A program made the translations under genes and the position numbers. This document shows, one piece after another, positions 51,072 to 62,613 of a stretch of 64,000 nucleotides of DNA (position 1 is the first letter of the stretch; every line of letters begins with the position of its first letter). The notes below the pieces were generated by a model. It was not told where the DNA came from, searched no databases, and saw only the letters and a program-made list of their open reading frames with translations. This DNA comes from Mobula hypostoma (lineage: Eukaryota). The stretch is taken from NCBI RefSeq assembly GCF_963921235.1, contig NC_086097.1:145206001-145270000 (forward strand), read 5' to 3'.

Positions 51072-51357
51072 TACAGTAGCTGCTGCCCCTTCTAGAGAGG
51101 TCGTACATCAATATATGCAAGAAAATCTAGAGAATCAAAAAAAGTAGGGAATGAAATTTGCTTGGCATTTAGAAGAAACCATAGATCAGCTTAAAAGGCC
51201 AAATAAGCATTCTTGCTTTCTTTAAAAAAAACATTCTGAATTTCTGGTATCTGGCAATTTCTTCTCAAGTACAAGAACAACCTACAAAAATATTAAGCCT
51301 TTCATGGAATTCAGAATTTGCATCACAAAGAGACACATCAGCAAAACCTGCATCATA

Positions 51358-52909
51358 CATTGCCTTGAAAAAGTATTCATCCCTCACAACTATTTTCACA
51401 TTTTACTGTCTCATTTTCTAAAGTTACAATATATTGAAGCAGGATTTTTCAGCTAATCTACAAAACATTGGGTGTGTCAAATCAAAAGAAAATTCCAAAA
51501 CCTGTCAACAATTTATTAAAAATTAAAAACCAAAATTGAGAGACTGAAAAAGTATTCATCCCCTTTGTAATTACTATGCTTGCTTTCCTCAGGTGCAATA
51601 CTGTACATTACCTTACCAACTCACCCAATTTGTTAATGTAAAAAACAGGGAGGATCACCTAAATAAATAACCCTCTCTCTGCAAGGTCCAACAGTATGGT
51701 AGATTTTCAACAAACCAAGTCAAAATGAAGACAAAAAACATTCAAGGCAAGCTAGAGAAAGACGAATCTGGGAGAGGGTACAAGTGCAAAGGCACTGAAC
51801 TTTCCTGAGTTCAGTGCAAATCCATCCTGGAAAAAAATATGAAACCACAGCCACACTGCCCAAGTCAGGCCACCCCTCTACTCTTAGTAGTCCCAGAAGA
51901 ATGGCATTTGTAAGAGCGGCTACCGTGATGCCAACAGTCACTGAGCATGCTGCAGAAGTTAACGGCTACAATGGCTCCACAATCTCCAAGGACTTGCACA
52001 AAAAGGGTATTTATGGAAAAGTGGCAAGGAAGAAGCCCTGGCTTTAAAAAAAAAAGAGCATATCTTTGCCTGTAAAGACTTTGCAAAGCATCACTTAGAA
52101 GGTACTGTAAAGGTGTGGAATATAGTCTGAGGTCAGATCAGACTAAAGTGGGACTTTTTGACCTCAACACTAAGTGGTACATGTGGCACAAATCTAATAC
52201 TGCACATCCACCAGGTAACACCATCCCTATTGTAAAATATGGTGGAGGCAGCATCATACTGGGGGGATGCCTTTCAGCAGCAGAGACTTGAAATCTGGTC
52301 AGAATTGATGAATGCTACCAAAAACAGAGATATCCTGGATAAAACCCTGCAACCCTTTGCCAGAAAGCTTAATCTGGGGAGAAAGTTAATCTTTCGGCAG
52401 GAATAACAACACAAAGCACACAGCCAGAGCAAACATGAAGTGGCTTCAAAAGAAGATTGATGTCCTTGAGTGGCCCAATCAGAGTCTGGGCCTTAACCCA
52501 ATCAAACATCTCCGACAAGACTTCTAGATTGTTGTCCACCAGCACTCCGCAACTAACCCGGCACAACTTGAGCAATTTTACAAAGAAGAATCGGTAAATC
52601 TTGCTCCTACATTGTGCAAAGCTAATAGAGACTTATTCAAAAAGACTACTCGTTGCAATAATTGTGAGAGGTGATTCAACTCAGTACCGAGCAAAGGAGG
52701 ATGAATACTTTTGAACTGCTGACATTTAATTTTTTGGATTTTTAGTTTACAATGCTTTACAATTTTCCCCAGTCTTTTGGGGGTTCTACTGTGGAAAAGG
52801 AGGAACATGTGATCCACATAAAAATTTGCAGTTAAATTGATCAAAATTCCTGATTGTAATACCCTATGTGAACAAAGGGTCGGGGGATGAATCCTTTTAC
52901 AAGGCACTG
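51358..52909 (+). mobile_element. Full-length degenerate Tc1-family transposon (long IR/DR-type TIRs)
   Basis: TA|CATTGCCTTGAAAAAGTATTCATCCC ... GGATGAATCCTTTTACAAGGCACTG|TA, with an inner repeat AAAAGTATTCATCCC at ~51548. Transposase remnant at ~51726-52690 (MKTKKHS, TLPKSGHP, GKVARKKPWL). Confidence 0.9.
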
Positions 52910-53234
52910 TACCAACCCGACTGATCTTTCTCTGGCAAAAATTCACAAGGCTCTGGAAAACAGTAAAGCAAGACTTTTTAAAATTGCACAACAACTATCC
53001 TCACCCATTCCCCAAATCCAACAAATCCCTACACAAACAAATCTAAATAGTATAAATATTGATACAATTGACTTCAATGGTCACATTTACTGTACCAAAA
53101 TTTCCTCAGTGGCTTGACCTTTCATGTTTCAAAAGGGTCCATTAAGTCACCAAGTCCCTTCTAGAATAATTGGATGTGTGTTGAACTTGAACAGTTGCTC
53201 ATAGCTTAAGTTTCCTGAACTTTCTAATTATCGT

Positions 53235-53555
53235 TCTCTGCTGGCTGCCACCATCAGACAGGAGGTACAAAAGCCTTAGATCCCACACAGATTCAGGAAC
53301 AGTTACAGCCATTAGCCAACTGAACCAGTGAGGATAATTTCACTCACCACATCTCTGAACTGATTCTATGACCTACAGACTCATTTTCAACGACAGTTTA
53401 CAACTTATGTTCTCAGTATTATTTGCAGTCTATCTTCTTTTTCATATTGATTGGTCATCAGTCCTTGTTTTATGAATAGTTTGTTTGCAAATTCAACTGT
53501 ATTTCTTTATTTTTTCCAGTACAGGCCTGCAAGATAATAAATCTCAAAGAAGTAC
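53235..53555 (+). mobile_element. Rex1/Babar-type 3' fragment
   Basis: Similar to 20160-20400. Confidence 0.6.
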
Positions 53556-53557
53556 AT

Positions 53558-56365
53558 AATCACTGAGTCGTGGCTGAAGGAAGGCCATAGTTGGGAGCTT
53601 AACATCGAAAGATGTACTTTGTATTGAAAGGGCAGACTGGAAGGCATAGGCAATGATGTGGCTCTATGGTAAGAGATGGAATTACATCTTTAGAAAGTGG
53701 TGACAGGGTCAGAGGATGTTGAATCTTAGTGGGTAGAGTCAAGAAACTGTAAGGGTTTAAAAAAAACCATTATAGGAATCATATATAGTCCTCCAAATAG
53801 TATCCAAGATGTGAGGTTGAAATTATAAAGGGAGTTGGAAAAGGCATGCAATAAGGGTAATGTCACAATTGTAATGAGGGACTTCAATATGCAAGGGAGT
53901 CAGGAAAAATCAGGTGGGTGTCGGATCACAAGAGAGGGGATTTGTTGAATGCCTACAAGATGGCTTTTTAGAGCAGCCTATGCTTGAGCCTACTACGGAA
54001 AAGGCTTTCTTAGACTGGGTGTTGTGTAATAACCCAGATCTTATTAGGGAGCTTAATGTACAGGAACCCTTAGGAGACAGTAATCATATTATGTCTGAAT
54101 TCATACTGCAATTTGAGGGGGAGAAGCACAAGTCACATGTATTAGTTTCACAATGGAATAAAAGGAATTATAGAGGCATGAGAGAGAAGCTCACCCAGGT
54201 GGATCAGAGGAGGACACTGGTGGGGATGACAGCAGAGCAGAGATGGCTGAAGTTTCTGGGAATAGTTCACAAGGTACAGGATAGATATGTCCCACAGAAA
54301 TAGTTGTTCTCAAACAGCAGGGGAAGCCAACCATGGCTGACAAGGGAAGTTAAGGACTGCATAAAAGCCAAGGAAAGGGCATATAAGGTAGCAAAAGTGA
54401 GTGGTCAGTTGAATGATTTGGAAGCTTTTAAAATCCAACGAAAGGCAAGAAAAAAGTCTATAAGGGAAAGGATGAAATGTGAGTGCAAACTAGCCAACAA
54501 TATAAAGCAGGATACTGTACTATAAGCTTTTCAGTTATATGAAGAGTAGAAAGGAGGTGAGAGTTGATATCCAACCACTGAAAAAATGATACTGGTAAGG
54601 TAATAATGGGAGACAAAAGAAATGGCAGATGAACTTAATGGGCACTTGGCATCAGTCTTCACTGTGGAAGACACTAGAAGTGTGCTAGAGGTCCGTGACT
54701 GTCAGGGAGCAAGAGCGAGTGCCATTGCTGTTACAAAGGAAAAAGTGCTCAGCAAACTCAAAAGTCTTAAGGTTGATAAGTCACCCGGACCAGATGGACT
54801 ACATCCCAGAGTCCTGAGAGAGGTTGCTGAATGGATAATGGATGCATTGGTCATGACCTTTCAAAAATCACTTGATTCTGGCATGCTCCTTAAGAACTGG
54901 AAGATTGCAGATGTTACGCCACTCTCCAAGAAGTGAGGAAGGCAAAAGAAAGGAAATAATAGGCCAGCTAGCCTAACCTCAGTGGCTAGGGAAGCATTGG
55001 AGTCTATCATTAAGGATGAGATTTCGAGATACTTGGAGACCAATGATTAAGTCAAGTCAGCATGGTATCTGTAAAGGGAAGTTTTGCCTGAGAAATCTGT
55101 TACAAGTTCTTCAAGGAAGCAACAAGCAGGATGGACAAAGGAGAGGCAATGGATGGCATTTACTTGGATTTTCAGCAGGCATTCAATAACGTGCCACACA
55201 TGAGGCTGCTTAACAAGAGCGTTACAGAAAAGGTACCAGCATGGATAGAGGAATGGTTAACAGGCAGGACACAGCAAGTGGGAATAAAAGGGGCTTTTTC
55301 TGGTTGGCTGCCAGAAGCTAGTGGTGTTCCTCAGGGGACAGTTTTGAGACTGCTACTTTTCACATTGTTTGTCAATGATTTGGATGATGGAATTGATGGC
55401 TTCGTGGCAAAGTTTTCTTGTGATATGAAGATAGGTGGAGGGGTAGCTATTGTTGAAGAAGCAATGTGATTGCAGCAGGACTTAGGCAAATTGGAAGAAT
55501 GGGCAAAAAAAGTGGCCGATAGAATGCAGTGTTGGGAAATGTATGATGATGCATTTTGGTAAAAGGGACAATAGTACAGCCTTTTATCTAAATGGGGAGA
55601 AGGTTCAAACATCAGAGATGCAGAGGGACTTAGCAGTCCTTGTGCAGGACCCCCAGAATGTTAAGTTACAGGTTGAGTCTGTGGTAAAGGTGGCAAATGC
55701 AAAGTTGGCATATATTTCAAGGGGAATAGAATACAAAAGCAAGGAGATAACACTGAGGCTTTATAAGACACTTGTCAGGCTGCACTTGGAGTACTGTCAA
55801 CAGTTTTGGGCCCCTTATCTCAGAAAGGATGTGTTGACATTGAACAGAGTCCAGAAAAGGCTCACAAGTATGGTTCCGGAATGAAGGAGTTAACATACAA
55901 GGAGTGTTTGGCAGCCCCGTACTCATGGGAATTTAGAAGAATTTGGGGGGTGGGGGAGAGAGAGAGAGAGGAATTAAAACCTACTGAATGCTGAAAGAAC
56001 TAGATAAGGTAGATGCAGAGATGCAGAGAGGATGTTTCCCATTGTGAGGGTATCCAGAAGTAGAGGGCACAGTCTCAGAATTGAGGAGCGACCTTTCAGA
56101 ACAGAGACAAGGAGGAATTTTTTTTGTCAAAGTGTGGTGAATCTATGGAAAGCTCTACCACAGACTGTGGTGGAGGCCAACTCCGTGAGTATACTTAAGG
56201 CGGAAGTTGTTAGTTTCCTGATCAGTCAGGGCATCAAAGGATATGGCGAGAAGGCAGGTGTATGGGGTTGAGTGGGATCTGGGATCAGCGATCAGCCATG
56301 ATGGAATGCCGGAGCAGGCTTGATGGGCTGAATGGCCTAATTCTGCTCCTATATCATATGGTCTG
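53558..56365 (+). mobile_element. Degenerate CR1 LINE (most of ORF2)
   Basis: Endonuclease and RT fragments ([31 protein letters not shown]) and a CR1 3' tail. Confidence 0.92.
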
Positions 56366-57399
56366 GCATATACATACTTTGATAATAAATTTACTTGAAC
56401 ATTACACATACTCAGTCTTTCACTTTAACAGTAAAATTTTATGATTAAACACCTTCATACTTTGGGGAAATATTGTATATTCAAAACAATTAAAATAGAT
56501 ATATTACATGATCTAGCATCGATGCATTTGAAAGTTATTTTCATCTAGTAACATTTTCTCTCTACCAACCAAACTCTAATCATCTCCCCAAAACCTGAAT
56601 CTCTGAAATATATGTAGTGCAAACACAAAACATACTAAATCATCTTAGCATAATTTGTGAATCAAGATTATTTGCCCCACTGCTTACCTCTGCATCCCTT
56701 CCCTTTGTGGTAGTGCGGAATATCCTCTATTTGTTTCAATAGTTTTTCGCGTTTTAATTCGGAAATTTCCCTTTGTATCAATGAGTTATTAAGCTCAGAA
56801 TTTATTCCTTAAAATCTCTCATTCTCATTACGCATTCTATCTGCATAACAATCTTCGCCGTTCTATAACTCAGTACTTCCAATTATCAAACTGCTTGCTT
56901 ACCTTCGTGCATTCTTTTGCTGAAGTTCCTATTCCTGCCCCCAATTCAGTCACCTTTCTATATTACCTTACAAGATTATATTCTTTACAACCTTTTCTTG
57001 ATGTCTGATTTTTTAAAAACTTTCCGGTTCTATTCGGTCTATTCCTTGCTGGCTGTTCCGTGAGGTTCGCTTTACCTTCTCTGGTTCCTATGCAACCCAA
57101 TCACCAGCCTCCCTGCGATCTGTGCTAGTCAACCTATTCCATTTTATTCCCTTCAGCTTCTTCGTTATAGCCTTTACTCCGACATACTGTCTGCAGGATT
57201 CATTTCTGAGTGTTTTCCAGTGCAAGATTTCTTCCAGGATATTCCTATGGTCCCTGCGGGTTTATCTCAGAATAATTCCTTCAATTGGGCTTCATCAAGA
57301 CATTTACTTCAATTGGGTAATAATTGTTCGAACATTTTAAGAACTGCTCCTAGAAATTCTCTTCACGAGTCTCTAGGGGCCGTTTTCTTCTCAGTCCCC

Positions 57400-58300
57400 C
57401 GACTCTCTTACCCCTTCAAAACGCCTCAGCCGCGGCCAAAACATTACCCGTCCCCCCTGTCTCTCGTACCAGGCTCAAACCCTTCCTTTCCCCGAGGTTG
57501 AAAACGGACAGTTTTCCGCCGCTGAACCCAGACCGTGTCTGCCCACCTGAGAGCGCTCACTGACCATCGCAGGCACTACCCCATCGTGTCAGTTCCTACT
57601 GCTCCCGCAAGCACCGCCCCTTGCTCAACAACAACATCCACACGTCCGGCTCGGCCCGGCCCGGACCGGACCAAGCTCCAGCAACACCCCTCCCATCGGC
57701 CTGTCAATCATTCACATACCCATACGTCATTCTCTTTCTTCCCGTCCTCGTCAATGACGACAAGCCCCGCCCATATGGCATATCTATCTTTCACCTGAAT
57801 CGGTCAGTCATTCCTGCATCACCCCCGACATCAATTATATGTGTCCCGTTAATCATCCCAGACCTAGCCCGCTGTCAATCATTCCCTTTTATTGGTGTCA
57901 ACGGCGTTAGACTCTCCCTCAGTCATTCATTGGCTTTCTCACCCTATCAATCACTCCAATTCCCGCCCTCAGCGTTGCTGCAAGTTCTCAATAACTCGCC
58001 CAGACTGTCAATCATTCCCAACCCTCCACTCAGGCCAATCGTTCACCCTGTCAATCAAACCTCCTTCACGGCACCGCCCTCCTTATGGCACCGCCTTCAC
58101 TCCAATCTCCGCCCGCGATGACGTTGCTCCTGTCCAGTCACGTTCTCTAGGCCCCGCCTTCGGTCTCTCAGCCGCCGCGTGTCACATGGTAATGGGTTCG
58201 CCAGTAGACTGTTGTTTGATGGCGGGGAGTCTCTTGATATTTTATTCACGCCATCAGAAGCCGAGGGATCTCGGGCTGTAGCTACGATTTAGGATACCAA
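57400..58300. promoter_or_regulatory. CpG-rich bidirectional promoter shared by SNAP47 and JMJD4
   Basis: CpG-rich non-repeat stretch lying between the divergent genes. Contains GC boxes (CCCGCCC at ~57765, ~57962, ~58109), CCAAT boxes, four CTGTCAATCA and a YY1-like GATGGCGG at ~58218. Confidence 0.8.
57547..57690 (-). other. SNAP47: Candidate non-coding first exon of SNAP47
   Basis: GC-rich segment at the promoter edge with minus-strand donor candidates CAG|GTGGGC (57547) and TCA|GTGAGC (57561). The start site is unknown. Confidence 0.4.
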
Positions 58301-58731
58301 ATAAGGGCATTAATTTGCTTGCTCCCTGCAATGGGTGTGGGGCATCAATTCCCCTGGATCAGAGCGCGTTGGAATGGGAGCTTGCGGACCTGTCTGTTAA
58401 TAATGTAATTAAATGTAATCGTTCTGCAGGCCCATTTGCTGTCCGTCAGTGAAAATTCAATCGTAGCCGAAACCTTACTTCACTACCTGGATCAGTCAAG
58501 ACAAAAGCGCTTGTTGGTCTGCAGGTGTCAGGATAGAGAAAATAAACCAATTTATATACTGGTACCGATATTTATTTGAACAAGCGGAAGTATATTTGCA
58601 TCTAAAGACTATTATTAGTGATATATCTCACGGATGAAAATTCACAGCTTCGGAGAGAAAGACTAGGATTTACTGAAGAATTATTGGTGATCATTTGAAA
58701 ATAAAGCGTTTAGCGAAAACAATTGCTGAAT

Positions 58732-58987
58732 ATGAACAAGGAAACTTTGAACACAGCACTTAGATTTTTCCAAACTGAAAGGCCTTCTTACGAACTGTTT
58801 GACAAAGGTCGGAGACTCGATTACCTACGCAAACATGATCTGAATTACTCTGAGTTTTTCCGAGATTTTCTGCTTCCTAATTACCCATGCGTTCTGTCAC
58901 CCGAGTTCACAGCTGACTGGGGAAGCAGACAACAGTGGGTGAAAGGGGACGGGAGTCCGGACTTCGAACACTTGCTGAAACACTTCG
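58732..58987 (+). CDS. JMJD4: JMJD4 (2-oxoglutarate/Fe-dependent oxygenase) coding exon 1
   Basis: Encodes MNKETLN...YSEFFRDFLLPNYPCV...WGSRQQWV...PDFEHLLKHF(G), matching the JMJD4 N-terminus. ATG at 58732, donor TCG|GTTAGT. Confidence 0.94.
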
Positions 58988-59684
58988 GTTAGTATCATCT
59001 CGTTGTGACCGTGCGTGTACTAGTTGGGGGTTCAGATCTCACATTCACCTTCACATTTCCCATTCTGGATTTTTGCATACTGATCAGGCTTGGCGAAATC
59101 CACCTGGCACGTCAGCCTTTTATTTGCAACGGAATTAAAGATTAATCTCCAGAATGTCGTTGCGAGTAACTGAAGATAGAAAAATAAAGCGGGGGGGGGC
59201 ATCACAAATGTTTTATTTCTAATTTGAAGGGGGAAAACACCAGGGAACTATGCATCCTATTAGTATTTTTACATTGGCATTTTATAAATCAGTATGTCGG
59301 TGTGGTTGACAAAAATTATCTAGGAAGTTCAAAATGATTAGGGACTAGCAATAAATGCCTACATTGCCAGTGACACCCATATACTAAAATGAAAGAAAAT
59401 ATTAGACATTAATAAATGTTTGTCATATACATATTTCAGATATAGAAATCGTGTGCTTGATTACTAGTCAGATGATCCAAGGAGCATCAAATAGTATTTG
59501 ATTTCTGCTGCAATAGGTTAGAGATAAAAGCAGAAAATGCAGGGGTTACTTGGCAGAAGAGGTAGCATGCCTTAAGAGAGAAAGTTTCATTTTGAGAACA
59601 ATTGTGATGTTAACCTTAGAGATCGTTGAGCTGCTGTTCTTTTCTTAGAAATGTCATCAAAATAAGATGTAGCTTTTACCACTT

Positions 59685-59945
59685 CTGACCTTGGGTGCTG
59701 TCTGTGTGCAGTTTACAACCACTTGGGTTTCCCTAGAATATTCCATTTTCTTCCGTCATCTCAAAGATGTATAGTGAATTAGTTCTGTAAATTACCCATG
59801 GGATAAGTGGGTGGTAAGGAGTTAAGGCAGAGTTAATGGGCATTTGAGAGAGAACAGGTAGAAAGGAAGTAAGTAGGGAAATGGGATTGCTTTGAGAGCC
59901 AGCGTTATCTTGATGAGCTGAATGGCCTATCTCTGTGTCGTAGAG
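59685..59945 (+). mobile_element. Decayed V-SINE-like element
   Basis: Similar to 18395-18600 and 20905-21170; CR1-like 3' end GCTGAATGGCCT. Confidence 0.5.
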
Positions 59946-60794
59946 AAAGATGAAAAACTACCTTACCGACTGACTATTCCCAGCATTTTCTATGTTTTAT
60001 TTCTGTTATACACATCTACTGTGTTTTTTTTTTGCTTTTAGGATGTAAGTTTATGCATCTTGGACAATCAATTGCATTATTATGGGGTGGTGAGGAACAG
60101 GGGGTAGTAAATACACCCAAAAAATGCCCAAACATATTTATTAATCCCAAAGTCTATGAGGTACCTATGGAACATTATCCATATACTAATAATGAAAAGG
60201 ACCTGCATTTGAAAACTAATTTTATCACAAAATGGCCTTACACTTGTTTCAATCAATGAAGAACTTTAAGTATTCCCAATGGAATAATAACTTGATAATT
60301 CATTTTGGTGATTTTGTTTGAGTCATGCCAGGGTTTTCCAAAATCTCTTCACAATCTAGACTGACTTCACTCAATAAATTACTAACAGGACTCTGTTGTG
60401 CTTCTCATCTTGACAGCATGAGACTTTCCTGAGCGGCGGGGGGGCGGGGGGGTGGTGTTGGAGGGTACAGAGTAAAAAGTTTTAAACAGCAATTATACCA
60501 GAAGAGTACTTCACTAGATGTAAAACACTTTGAGGGTCTGAAAGACACTGTACAACAACACCAGACCACAAATTCTGTTGCTAGTGGTTGAAAATGGTCT
60601 ACACTACCTTGGCTGTCTTATTCCATGCTGCGTGGATTTAGTTGTTGGACAATTGGCAATAATTAATCTTCCATTAATAATTAATCTTGAAGTTTCAAAG
60701 CATTTTGTGTTATAATTATTAAATTGTTTAATCATTGAGCATTCATTGTCACACTTTCTATTGTATTGTTCATACCGTTCCCCTTTCGTTACAG

Positions 60795-60960
60795 GAGATT
60801 CCATTGTACCTGTGGCCAACTGTGACGTGAAGGAATATAATGCAAATCCAAAGCACAATATTCCTCTAAGGGATTATTTCAGTTATTGGAGAGAACACAG
60901 GGAGAGTAGTTATTCATCTCCACGCGGTTGCCTGTACATGAAAGACTGGCATATGCGCAG
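60795..60960 (+). CDS. JMJD4: JMJD4 coding exon 2 (gene continues beyond the window)
   Basis: Encodes GDSIVPVANCDVKEYNANPK...YSSPRGCLYMKDWHMR. Acceptor TTACAG|, donor CAG|GTTTGT; in phase with exon 1. Confidence 0.94.
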
Positions 60961-61125
60961 GTTTGTGCAAAATGGAATCAAGCTCCACATTGTTTTTTTT
61001 TATTTCAGAGAAATAAATCTCTATTTTTGAATCCTGTAGTGTTGGGTCAACAGGATGAAAATCAACAATATCTAACGTTCAGAATGAAATGACCTGCCAT
61101 TGTGTATGGGACTTCACAGTGCGAG

Positions 61126-61840
61126 TGTAGCAGCCAATTCTAACCAAACCAAAATTGCCACTGCTGCCAATCCCCACGGATTTGTTATACTTGTATTACC
61201 ATGCTCTCAGCTCCAATAATAATTCTTCCAATCCTTTATTAGCGATTAGCAAACATACAATCTTGAAGCGATGTGACTAGGTAAAATTAAGCGTAATTGG
61301 GTGTAATAAACAATACGACATCATTGGCTGCCAGTTGCAAACTGCCATGAGCAAAGCATGAAGACGTAACTTATTCCCTGTGCTCTTACCGTGCCCCCAC
61401 TCATGTGACTAGTTACCATGCAACACAGAATACAACGGAGATGGAGAACAGATGCATGGCTTCTACATTCCAGGCCTCCAATTATTATACTATAATAACT
61501 ACAACTATATGCTACCAAGACACAGGAGACACGAAATCTCAACATTCACACAAAATGTCCTCTTTCTGGTAAGGTGACTATCCTTCATCGTGATCTTCTT
61601 CTGACAAACCAGGTTGTTCCTCTTGACTGCATTCAGGAAAGTTCGGCCTGATTGGCTGCTGCCAAAGCTCATTCAATTTCAGAACTGAAATCCTGTTAAC
61701 TGCAAGCTGTGGCCAAGCGTATTCTCCTCCTTCTATCACCACAGTCTCCTTTTAATGGTCCATTAACAGTTCAACCCAGGGTGGTTCTGATTGCGCAGGG
61801 GCCATCATTTATACCGCATACCCCTTGCAACGACTCCTCT
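61126..61840 (-). mobile_element. BEL/Pao LTR retrotransposon remnant (3' LTR 61126-61467 plus internal fragment)
   Basis: LTR bounded by TGTAG...CTACA with an internal AATAAA, preceded by PPT-like AATTGGAGGCCTGGAA. Manual translation NDGPCAIRTTLG*TVNGPL and VNRISVLKLNELWQQ...FPECSQEEQPGLSEED resembles the BEL polyprotein. Confidence 0.8.
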
Positions 61841-62613
61841 TATTTGCCTACAGATGAGATTTGGGGTAATTTTTGTAAATGAAACAATTTGCTTCTTAGA
61901 AAAGTGAAAAGGCACTGCATAAATATAAGCCTTTGTTTGACAGAAAATTAACAGTCTTGCTTGGGTGATAGTGAGAGTAGTTTATTTTGGGGGAAAAAAG
62001 CTACGGTGATACAGTAAGAAACTGAGGCAGACGAGACCATGTTTACTTTCTGACCCAGAAATATTTGATGCTTATGGAATATATGTATATATGACAAAAA
62101 GTTCCCTCCAGCAGCACTGACAACCTGAGTTCATTTAGTTCTTTCAGAGCATAATTCAAACATATCTAACACGTAAAGTTAAATGGGGAGGGGGTGGAAA
62201 CAGAAAACTGTACATTAAACTTTTTACAGCTTGTGGAGATCCTTAAGCTCTTTATAGTAAATTAAATAATTGTTCAAGTCTAGATGCTGTTACAATGTTA
62301 ACATCTTAACAGCCATTTTATACAACAAATTCTAGTGCAATATGACTCACTAATCTTATTCTTTAGAGGTGTTCATTGATTGATAAATGTTGACCGAGAC
62401 ATTGGAAATATTTTCCATTGCTCTACTTTGAATAAAGATGCAGGACTTTTAATGCTTCTCTCAAAAGGGAAAGGATAAGGGATTTGTACCAATTATAATA
62501 TAAATATGCTGCTGGCACCTTGTTGCATGACTAGGACATCACCTTGAGGAAGAATAATATGGAGAATCAACAGACAGAGAAAAGATTTCCTTGTGTTTTT
62601 AAGAGTGAAACTT

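Noticed and set aside
57535..58281. Pro/Ser-rich ORFs in the CpG-rich region
   Set aside because: Expected by chance in GC-rich promoter DNA; no family resemblance.
58723..58731. ORF-track start for JMJD4
   Set aside because: It is a TTG codon; the ATG at 58732 matches the known N-terminus.
61200..61815. Nested antisense gene suggested by minus-strand TATAAA (~61812) and AATAAA (~61235), with a 74-aa ORF
   Set aside because: Better explained as a BEL/Pao coding remnant plus its LTR.
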